Shown piece after piece: positions 51,531 to 61,949 of a stretch of DNA of 64,000 bases. The translations under genes and the position numbers were made by a program. The notes beneath the pieces are model-generated. The model was not told the origin of the DNA. It saw only the letters and a program-made list of their open reading frames with translations, and ran no database searches. Positions within the stretch are counted from its first letter, which is position 1. Each line of letters starts with the position of its first letter. Source of the stretch: Mobula hypostoma (lineage: Eukaryota); assembly GCF_963921235.1 (NCBI RefSeq), contig NC_086107.1:107448001-107512000 (forward strand), read 5' to 3'.

Positions 51531-52914
51531 CTGCTCTGCAACAGTGACTAAAAAGAGCCTTATCGGCTGTTATAAAAAAGCTTGGGACAGGCTGGAAGCC
51601 TTCAACGGTGCCACGGAAATCCAAGGCTTGTATTCCAAATGGGCCGTGAGCAGGTTTCTAAACTGTAAGCTGAGAGACGCCAATTTGATACTTTCCGCAG
51701 ACTTGGAAAATTCAGATGATGGTCCTGCCTTATGCTACATTTTAATCACTGGCAGAGCTAACATCCATCCCTGCCCTCGAGTGAAGTATTAGGGTGGGAA
51801 GAGCAGGATAAGCGGCCCATTTCAATGTTAATGTGGAGATACAGCACGGTAACAGGCCCTTTCAATTCAAGGAGCCTGCGCCACCCAATTAACCTGCTGA
51901 CCCTTACGCCTTTGGAGTGTGGGAGGAAACCAGAGCACTTGGAAGAACCACAGGTGGTCACGGAGAGAACGTACAAACTCCATTCCAGTAGTGGCAGGAA
52001 CTGAACCCCAGTCGCCAGCGTCGCAATACCGTCACGCTAATTGCTCTGCTACCGTGTTCACCGCGCAATGCTTTCAACTAAGTTGTTGGCGGATGCAAGT
52101 CCTTGCCCTCTGTTTTGGGACCTGGCACAGGGTGGCACTGCTGCAGCTGCTACCATGCTCCTCGTGACCTGTGCCAAGATTGTGGAAGCTGGGTGCCAAA
52201 CAAGGGCAGCTGTGCCTCCTCAGAGTGGTGCCCCAGAGACTGGTAATGGAAATCTGTAAGCCTAATGCGCTCGGATATGTGTCCATGTTTGGTTCAAACC
52301 CTTTCCACAACATTCAACATGTCCTTTGGAGACACCTATTCATTTGCGTCCATCTCATTTTAATTTTTATTTATTTATTGAGATACAGTGCGGAACGGGT
52401 CCTTCGAGCAGTACCACCCAGTAATCCCCTGACTTAACTTTAGCCTAATCACGGGACAATTTACAATAACCAATTACCAATTACCCTACTAAAGTATAAA
52501 GTATAACCAGTACGTCTGTGGGAGAAAACCTGAGGATTCAGAGAAAGCCCACACGTTTCACGGGGAAGACATACAGGTGATGTCGGAGTTGAACTCCAAA
52601 CTCCGACGCTCCGGGCTGTAATAGCATCGCGGTAAGTGATACGCTACCGTGGCTCCCCAAATTGGGTGTTAATCCAGATAATTCCCAGCCCTCACTGGGC
52701 TAACTACAGCAGTTCGAGAGAATGGCTCACCACCACCTCCTTCAGGGCAATAAGGGATAGACTTTAAATGCTGGCCTTGTCATGGTGAAAACACACAAAA
52801 TTGCCCACCGGGCAAAATGTCGACCAAGCACAATAAAAAGCATCATCAAGCTAAGGTCAACATCATAGCTACAGAAATGAGGCAGAATTTCTTGTGACAT
52901 CAAACAGAGCATAC

Positions 52915-52990
52915 CTTTTAACAGTGCTGCTTGCCCACTGATATCCATACACTTGGACGTCATTCACACGCAAGTACATTCTGTTCCAAC
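52915..52990 (-). CDS. Internal coding exon A of a putative divergent BRINP-like gene: (G)WNRMYLRVNDVQVYGYQWASSTVK(R)
   Basis: Unique island. Acceptor cctctttcag|GTTGG, donor TTAAAAG|gtatgc. 76 nt, phase 1->2, only one frame open. ND...S..KR spacing resembles recalled BRINP ISNDMRLNSWFDPSWRKR; DVQVYGY also resembles BRINP1 DVQVFGY. Confidence 0.75.
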
Positions 52991-53149
52991 CTGAAAGAGG
53001 CCTTCCAGAGCGGAGAAGGTTGGGCACCTCTGCTCTTCCCCAAGGATAAGAAAGCAGTACAGAATTCCAGATGTCACAAGATACCCTCAACCACTTGAAC
53101 ATACATCTCTCAAAATGATCAGCTGCCCTCCGGTCTATTGCTTCTCTAA

Positions 53150-53168
53150 GGCTGCCACCTGGTGGCTG
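53150..53168 (-). promoter_or_regulatory. CTCF-type binding motif
   Basis: Minus strand CAGCCACCAGGTGGCAGC matches the CTCF core CCASYAGRKGGCRS, in non-repetitive sequence. Confidence 0.55.
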
Positions 53169-53200
53169 TCAGCAGCGCAGCCTGGAGAATGCACCAAACC

Positions 53201-53214
53201 AATGCCATGGCAAC
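53201..53214. promoter_or_regulatory. RFX X-box-like motif
   Basis: AATGCCATGGCAAC is a 12/14 match to the palindrome GTTGCCATGGCAAC. A second X-box-like GTTTCCCTGGCAAC lies at 50539-50552. Confidence 0.3.
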
Positions 53215-53747
53215 CACAAGGAGAGGAAGGAAGAATTTTAAAGAGTGTACCTTATCAGGCTTTTAGCCTGCAGAATGCAAATTTATCTTTTGTGTGTATT
53301 TTCATAAGATGTTTATCTTTTGCCCTTCCATCCTTGATGTGCACTGAAGAGACTGGCCAAAGGCCTGGCTCACAGACTTCACCTAACAGTTCAAATTATC
53401 CATTATAAGGGGCAGGGGTAATCCTCAGCCAGAATCCCCAGCAGCTGAAGATTAATACCCAGACCTTGGCTGCAAGTAAAACTCGGGAGACAGAAAAAAA
53501 AATCACAAAGTTCACAATAAAACTGTGCGGAATCTTACTGCATTTTTGTTTACCAATTATAAAATCATTGGAGGTGGAGAAAATAAAGGCAGTTTGACCA
53601 GATGGGATAGTTTGAAGGTGGAGGTTGGGTTAAAACCCTCCAAGAATATGTGTAGTTAGAGTTGGTATAGCTGAATGAGGGGAGGGGGGAAATATAGTGA
53701 GAAATAAAAACATCAAAGGCAGGGTATGTTTCAAGTTGGTGATCTTT

Positions 53748-54420
53748 AAGAATCAGATTTAATATCACCAGCATATGTCATGAAATTTGTTGTCTTTGCA
53801 ACAACAGTACAATGAAATACATAATAACAGAAACAAAACCTGTGAATTACACTAAGTGTGAATATATATACAAACATGTATGTGTGTGTATATATATATA
53901 TATATATATAAAATATTAAGTAGTGAAAAAACTAGAAATAAAAAAAGCAGTGAGGTAGTGTTCATGGGTTCAATGTCCACACAGAAATCCGAGGGCAGAG
54001 GGGAAGAAACTGTCTCTGAATCGTTGAGCGTGTGCCTTCAGGCTTTTGTGCCTCCTCTGTGATGGTAGCAATGAGAACAAGGCATGTCCTGGGTCATGCG
54101 GGTGCGTAATGATGAACGCCACCTTTTTGAGACATCTCACCTTGAAGGTGTCCTGGGTACCACGGAGGCTAGTGCCCATGATGGAACTGACTGAGTTTAC
54201 AAGTCCCTGCAGCTTACTTTGATCCTGTGCAGTAGCCCCTCCCCATCCCCATACCAGACGCTGATGCAGCCAGCTAAAACGCTCTCCACAGTACATTTGT
54301 AGAAATTTGCAAATGTTTTTAGTGACATACCATATCTCCTCAAACTCTGAATGAAATATAGTGCTGCCATGCCTTCTTTGTAGCTGCATTGATATGTTGG
54401 GGTCCAGGTTAGATCCTCAG
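53748..54420 (-). mobile_element. Rex1/Babar LINE 3' portion
   Basis: PGHALFSLLPS.RR..SLKAHAQRFRDSFFPSA. A related copy lies at about 47310-47895. Confidence 0.85.
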
Positions 54421-55916
54421 AATATGAGTAAGTAGGAAATAAAGATAGGCCTTTTGATCCTGATCAACTATCCATCAGCACGGCCAATCTCCTACTTCTG
54501 TACCATTTCCCAGTACTTCCTCCATATCCCTCGATTCCCTTAATGCCCAGAAGTAAATGAACCTCTGTTTGAGCCCTCACAGGTTCTCCATCCTTTAAGT
54601 GAAGGCATTCCTGACCACCTCATTCCTAAAAAAGGAGATTGTGCCCCGGGTCCCAGACCTCTGAAGTCAGGGGGAACATCATGCATTCATCCAACCTGCC
54701 AAACTCCTTGAGACCAATACACACAAAATGCTGGAGGAATTCAGCACGTCAGGCAGCATCTATGGAGAGGAACAAACAGTTGATGTCTCGGGCTGAGACC
54801 CTTCATAATTCCCTCCATAGGTGTCGCCTGACTTGCTTGGTTGCTCCAGCATTTTGTGTGTGTTGCTCAAGGTTCTCAGCATCTACAGAATCTCTTGTAA
54901 AGCTCTTTTAAGAATTCTGTGTTCTGATGAGATCTCCTCTTGCCCTTAGACCTCTAAAGAATACAGGCCCAGTTTACTCAGTCTCTCCTTGCAAAGCAAA
55001 CACATCCTTTCAGGAACCAGGCTAGAAATTCTTCATTAGATACCTTTTATTACAAGTGTATTCATTCATTATTGGGAAAACTGTTGAAAAATTCTCAACG
55101 GGCAGTCCTAGCAAGGCTCTATACAACTGCAATGTGCCTTCCTCATTCCTGTAATCAAGTTGTCTTGTAATAAAGGTTAAAGTACCATTTGTCAAATTAA
55201 TTGGATGCTGCATTTGCCTGTTGGCCTTCAGTGATTTGTGTATAGCTCACTCAGGTTAAATTGAATATCAGTATTACCCAACCGCACACTATTTAACAAA
55301 CCGATACTCTGCTTTTTCTGTTTTGTGCTCCGAAGTAGATGACTTCACGTTACATTCCATCTGCCACGTTCTTCCCCCACCTTCTCAGCTGTCTGTGATA
55401 GGATGGAGACCAAGGGAGTCTAAATGACACAGATGGCTCTGGTGCTATCCAGAACTGCTGTAAGTAACAAGCATTCACCGTCTTTCCTTTCTGCCAGCAC
55501 CAAGTATCATTATACCTATTGGGTTTCCACTCTATTACAGATATTCCCTTTGTTCTTTCCACCTCTCCACAGCTTTACTACTTAAAACATGCTTATTTCC
55601 TGACTCCTCCCAGTTCTGATGAAAAGTTATGAACTGAGACTCTATTTCTGTCTCTTTCTGCAAAAGTCTTACATAGTGTGCCAAAGATTTTTGCACAGTA
55701 TTGTGCAACACATGCAAAGTGCTGGAGGAACTCGGTAGGCCAGGCAGCATCTATGGAAAAGAGTAAACAGTCGCGCTTTGGACCAAGACCCTTCATCAGG
55801 ACTTTGGCTCCTGTAAGGATGTGTTTGCTGTATGAGGAGACACTGAGTAAACTGGGCCTGTATTCTTCAGAGTTTAAGGGCAAGAGGAGATCTCATCAGA
55901 ACACAAAATTCTTAAA

Positions 55917-56038
55917 CACGAGGAAATCTGCAGATGCTGGAAATTCAAGCAACACACACGGCCTGGAACGTCGACTGTAGCTCTTCCTATAGATGCTGCC
56001 TGGCCTGCTGTGTTCACCAGCATTTTTTGTGTGTGTTG
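55917..56038. mobile_element. 122-bp Penelope-like insertion with an internal inversion junction and a 14-bp TSD
   Basis: TSD acaaaattcttaaa at 55903-55916 and 56039-56052; orientation switches near 55960. Confidence 0.85.
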
Positions 56039-56086
56039 ACAAAATTCTTAAAGAGTTTTACAAGAGATTCTGCAGATGCTGAATGA

Positions 56087-56121
56087 ATCCTGATGAAGGG
56101 TCTCATCCTGAAACGTCAACT
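56087..56121 (+). ncRNA. Hammerhead core motif with a weak stem I
   Basis: CTGATGA-AGGGT-ctc-ATCCT-GAAA-cg-TC. Confidence 0.45.
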
Positions 56122-57056
56122 GTTTACTCTTTTCCATTGATGCTCCCTGACCTACTGAGTTCCTCCAGCATTTTGTGGGTTTTGCATGGATTTCCAGCAT
56201 CTGCAGATTTTCTCGCTTGTGATTGCACAGTACTGTAGTAATTTTATGTATTGCGCTGTGCTGTTGCTGCAAAACAAAAACAAATTTCATGACATACATG
56301 AGTGATGGTAAACCTGATTCCGATATGGCTCTCTATTGTGGACTGAGAGTGGGAAGGGGGCAAGGACAGGGGAATCATGGTTGGGAAACGGGGAAGGGAC
56401 AGGGGAGCAAGCAGGAAGTACCAAAGTGACATTCTGTAATTACCAATAAATCAATTGTTAGGAATCAATTGACCTTGCCTGGTGTCTCAGGGCTTGACAG
56501 AAGGAGTGTGGAAGGTTGTGGTCCAGGTAAGGGTCGATAGAACGAGGCAGAATACCAGTGTGACATTGACTAGATAGATCATATGGTCTGTTCCGTAGCA
56601 TTCTGCGGCTCCATGATTCTATAAGAAGATTCATTCACAGGTGACGCTAGGACTAAGATATTATCCTTATCAAGACAGGTTGGAGTGCCCTCCTCTTATT
56701 GTTCCTAGACAGGGCTTCTGAAAGGATTCTTTATTCACTTGTTTCAAAGGTTCACTTTATTGTCAAAGTATGCATATACAGTACAACTCTGATAGTCGCC
56801 TTCTCCAGATAGCCATGAAATACAGAAAGTCCATGGGTGTTGATGAGAGAAAAGACATCAACCCCCATCTCCCCCCCCCCGGGTATGAAAAAGAAAAGAA
56901 ACAAAACTCACAGACCCAAAATCCCCCCCTCCTCTGAAGCAAAAAAACAGCTACAATAACAATCACTGACCCACCACACATAACAATGCCTGCCTTCTCA
57001 CTCACAGAAAAGAACAGCGACAGCAGCACCAAATCCTCAACACCACCCCCCTCCCC

Positions 57057-57090
57057 CACACACACACACACACTCACACACACACACACA

Positions 57091-57163
<73 letters not shown>

Positions 57164-57242
57164 ACACACACACTCACACACACACTCACACACACACACA
57201 CACACTCACACACACACTCACACACACACACTCACACACACC

Positions 57243-57275
<33 letters not shown>

Positions 57276-57531
57276 CCACACACTCACACACACACACACT
57301 CACACACACACACACACACACTCACACACACACACACACCCACACACACACACACTCACACACTCACACACACACACACACACACACACATGAACAGATC
57401 ATCCACCCACACACACACACACTCACACACACACACACCCACACCCACACACACACACACACACACTCACACACACACACACACACGAACACACACACAC
57501 TCACACACACACACACTCACACACACACACA

Positions 57532-57570
<39 letters not shown>

Positions 57571-57625
57571 ACACCCACACACCCACACTCACACACACAC
57601 CCACACACACACACACACTCACACA

Positions 57626-57662
<37 letters not shown>

Positions 57663-57672
57663 ACACACACAC

Positions 57673-57706
<34 letters not shown>

Positions 57707-58074
57707 ACACACACTCACACACACCCACATACACACACACACACACCCACACACACACACACACACTCACACACACACACACACACCCACACACTCACAC
57801 ACACACACACACACACACTCACACACACACACACACCCACACACACACACACTCACACACTCACACACACACACTCACACACACACACATACACACACAT
57901 GAACAGATCATCCACCCACACACACACACACTCACACACACACACACCCACACCCACACACACACACACACACACACTCACACACACACACACACACACG
58001 AACACACACACACTCACTCACACACACACTCACACACACACACACACTCACACACACACTCACACACACACACA

Positions 58075-58105
<31 letters not shown>

Positions 58106-58195
58106 TCACACACACCCACACACACACACTCACACACACACACACACACACACTCACACACTCACACACTCACACACACCCACACACACACACAC
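57057..58195. repeat. About 1.1-kb interrupted (CA)n array with higher-order duplication, inside a SINE-like element (about 56745-58270; related copy at 11872-12285)
   Basis: Spacer gaacagatcatccaccca recurs at about 57392, 57901 and 58196. Confidence 0.95.
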
Positions 58196-58634
58196 GAACA
58201 GATCATCCACCCACCAATTGTCCACAAGAAAGACAACACCGAAAGACTGAAGGAAACCAATACAAAGTGCAATCTAATAATCACATTTCCTTATTGGATG
58301 TGGAACTCACTGTCAAATGACCAGCTTTTGATGTCCAGCCCCAATTGCATTGCCTTAATAGGCCAGTTTGAAGGGCAATGAAGAGTCAAAGGCTTTCTGT
58401 TGGGTCTGGATTAATTTGTAGGCCAAACCCTGTAAAGATGCTAATTTTTTTCCAGAAGGACTTTAGCTAACCAGTTGGATTTTTATGACAATCAAATACT
58501 TTCATTGTCACCAAAGCTGATGCTTTTCAATTTATATTTGCTTACTTTCATGCCTTTAAAATTTCCTGCTGAAGCAGAATTAGAATAAGATTTATTATCA
58601 CTGACATATAACATGAAATTTGTTGTTTTCATTC

Positions 58635-59250
58635 ATTTCAAGAGGATAGAATATAAAAGTAAGGATGTAATGCTGAGACTTTATAAAGCACTGGTGAGGC
58701 CTCACTTGGAGTATTGTGAGCAGTTTTGGGCCCCTTATCTAAGAAAGGATGTACTGACGTTGGAGAGCATTCAAAGGAGGTTCACAAAAATTATTCTGGG
58801 ATTAAAAGGTTTGATTTATGGGGAGCGTTTGATGGCTGTGGGTCTCTGTTCACTGGAATTCAGCAGAATGAGGTGTGACCTCTTTGAAACCTATTGAGTG
58901 TTGAAAGGCCTCAGTAGAGCGGATGTGGAGAGGATTCCTATGGTGGGGGAGTCTAAGACCAGAAACACAGCCTCAGAATAGAGTGGCATTCTTTTAGAAT
59001 GGAGAAGAGGAGGAATTTCTTTAGCCAGAAAGTTGTGAAGCTGTGGAAGTTGTGACCACAAACTGCTGTGGAAGCCAAACCATTGGGTATATTTAAGGCA
59101 GCCGCTGATAGATTCTTCATTAGTCAGGACATGAAGGGATTTGGGGAGAAGGCAGGATATTGGGGCTAAGAGGAAAAATGGATCGGCCATGATGAAATGG
59201 TGGAGCAGACTCGATGGGCCAAATAGCTTAATTCTGCTCTTATACCTTAT
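58635..59250 (+). mobile_element. CR1 LINE 3' portion
   Basis: IEYKSKDVMLRLYKALVRPHLEYCEQFWAPYLRKD. Confidence 0.9.
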
Positions 59251-59759
59251 GGTTTTTGCAGCAGCAGTACAGTGCAAGGATGTGAAGATCTACAAATTAC
59301 AAAAATAAATAAATAATACAGTAAAAAGAAATAATGAAGTGGTGTTCGTGGGTTCGTGGACTATTCAGACGTCTGATTGCAGAGGGGTAGCAGCCATGCC
59401 TAAATCATTGAGTATGGGTTTTCAGGCTCCTGTACCTCCTCAATGATGGTAGTAATGAGAAGAGGATATCTTCAACCTTTCACTGCTGCGTCAAATCATA
59501 AACACGAGAAACTCTGTAGATGCTGGAAATCCAGAGCAACACACATAAAATGCTGGAGGAACTTAGCAGGCCCGGCAGCATCTATGGAAATGAGTAAACA
59601 GTTGACATTTTGGGCCGAGACCCTACTTCAGGACTGAGAACATAGAACGTAGAAATCTACAGCACATTACAGGCCCTTCGGGCCCATAATTTTGTGCCAA
59701 CCATGTAACCTACTCTTGAAGCTGCCTAGAATTTCCCTAGCGCTTAGCCCTCTATTTTT

Positions 59760-60082
59760 CTAAGGAAGGAAGGGGAAAGATGCCAGAATAAAAAGCTGGG
59801 GGGAGGGGAACAGGACTAGCTGGAAGGTGATAGGTGAAGCCAGGTAGGTGGGAAAGGTCAAGGGCTGAAGAAGAATCTGACAGGAGAGAAGAGAACCATG
59901 GGAGAAAGGGAAGTGATAGGCAGGTGAGAAGAGGTTAAAGGTCAGAGTAGGGACTGAAGGAAGAGGGAAGGAGGGGGGAGAATTGTCTTTACTGGAAGGA
60001 GAAATCAATATTCATGTCATCAGGTTGGAGGCTACCCAGGCGGAATATAAGATGCTGTTCCTCCACCATGAGGAGGCCACCC
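59760..60082 (-). mobile_element. Penelope-like element 3' fragment (continues from about 59500 across a CR1 tail)
   Basis: EEQHLIFRLGSLQPDDMNIDF on the minus strand. Confidence 0.75.
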
Positions 60083-60084
60083 TC

Positions 60085-61240
60085 TTCTCAAACTTAAAGC
60101 ACACGGTATTGGGGGTAAGGTATTGATGTGGATAGAGAATTGGTTAGCAGACAGGAAGCAAAGAGTGGGAATAAACGGGACCTTTTCAGAATGGCAGGCA
60201 GTGACTAGTGGGGTACTGCAAGGCTCAGTGATGGGACCCCAGTTGTTTACAATATATATTAATGACTTGGATGAGGGAATTAAATGCAGCATCTCCAAGG
60301 TTGCGGATGACACGAAGCTGGGCGGCAGTGTTAGCTGTGAGGAGGATGCTAAGAGGATGCAGGGTGACTTGGATAGGTTGGGTGAGTAGGCAAATTCATG
60401 GCAGATGCAATTTAATGTGGATAAATGTGAAGTTATCCACTTTGGTGGCAAAAATAGGAAAACAGATTATTATCTGAATGGTGGCCGATTAGGAAAAGGG
60501 GAGGTGCAACGAGACCTGGGTGTCATTATACACCAGTCATTGAAAGTGGGCATGCAGGTACAGCAGGCGGTGAAAAAGGCGAATGGTATGCTGGCATTTA
60601 TAGCAAGAGGATTCGAGTACAGGAGCAGGGAGGTACTACTGCAGTTGTACAAGGCCTTGGTGAGACCACACCTGGAGTATTGTGTGCAGTTTTGGTCTCC
60701 TAATCTGAGGAAAGACATCCTTGCCATAGAGGGAGTACAAAGAAGGTTCACCAGATTGATTCCCGGGATGGCAGGACTTTGATATGAAGAAAGACTGGAT
60801 GAACTAGGCTTGTACTCGTTGGAATTTAGAAGATTGAGGGGGGATCTGATTGAAACGTATAAAATCCTAAAGGGTTTGGACAGGCTAGATGCAGGAAGAT
60901 TGTTCCCGATGTTGGGGAAGTCCAGAACAAGGGGTTACGGTTTGAGGATAAAGGCGAAGCCTTTTAGGACCGAGATCAGGAAAAACTTCTTCACACAGAG
61001 AGTGGTGAATCTGTGGAATTCTCTGCCACAGGAAACAGTTGAGGCCAGTTCATTGGCTATATTTAAGAGGGAGTTAGATATGGCCCTTGTGGCTAGGGGG
61101 ATCAGAGGGTATGGAGGGAAGGCTGGTGCAGGGTTCTGAGTGGATGATCAGCCATGATCATAATAAATGGCAGTGCAGGCTTGAAGGGCCGAATGGCCTA
61201 CTCCTGCAACTATTTTCTATGTTTCTATGTTTCTATGTTT
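60085..61240 (+). mobile_element. Young 5'-truncated CR1 LINE (RT to 3' end)
   Basis: [20 protein letters not shown] and FTQRVVNLWNSLP in one frame with two stops (60387-60389, 60780-60782); (tttctatg)n tail. Confidence 0.95.
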
Positions 61241-61949
61241 CTCACAGCTGCTTTCTCAGGTTCCCACTGGCTTCAAAAGGGCAGCAAACAGTTTGGGGCA
61301 CATAAAGAGCTGGATGTGTTGCTTCGGTGACTATCGCCCAAGAGCACTCACATCCGTTGTAATGAAGTGCTTCGAGAGCTTATTTATTTATTTAGAATTA
61401 ACCCCTGTCTGAGGAAAGACCTGGACCCACTGCAATTTGCCCACCACCTCAACAGGTCTACAGTGGATGTCAATCTCACCGTTCCTCTGCTTTGGAGCAC
61501 CACAAGTCATCGTTATTCATTGCAGCTCAGTGCTCAACACCATCACTCTCTCAGTACTAATAACCAAGTTTCATCAGCTGGGAATGCAAACATGTCTCCA
61601 GATCAATATTAAGGGCTTCAGGATAATTGTCCAATAATTCCACTACTATTGAAATCGACAGAGTAGTTGGTCTAGATTTCGCTTCTCTTTGTTTCCTTGA
61701 TGTTAAAGCAGAATTGCAGGCAGCATGACCCTGATTCTGTGTGTGAAAGTTGCTTAAGGAACGAGAAAATCAATAACGAAGTTCAGAGGACAGTATTGCT
61801 GGGATTTACTGGGTAACACTGACATTAACATTTCAGCCTCACATTTCTTAACTATGTGTTAGGAAACCCTTGGCATGTAGCAGACAGAGGTGATCTTCAC
61901 GGGCAGCTCTTAAATGGCAGACCAAAAGACATAGGAGCAGAAAATTAGG

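Noticed and set aside
51505..51792. 95-aa plus-strand ORF
   Set aside because: Non-ATG start, no homology recognised and no supporting exon chain.
52810..52869. Open phase-2 segment SYDVDLSLMMLFIVLGRHFAR just downstream of exon A
   Set aside because: It would need an intron of about 45 nt, too short for a typical vertebrate intron.
56763..58381. Long His/Thr-rich and Cys/Val-rich ORFs (also 13910-14128)
   Set aside because: Translations of (CA)n/(TG)n microsatellites.
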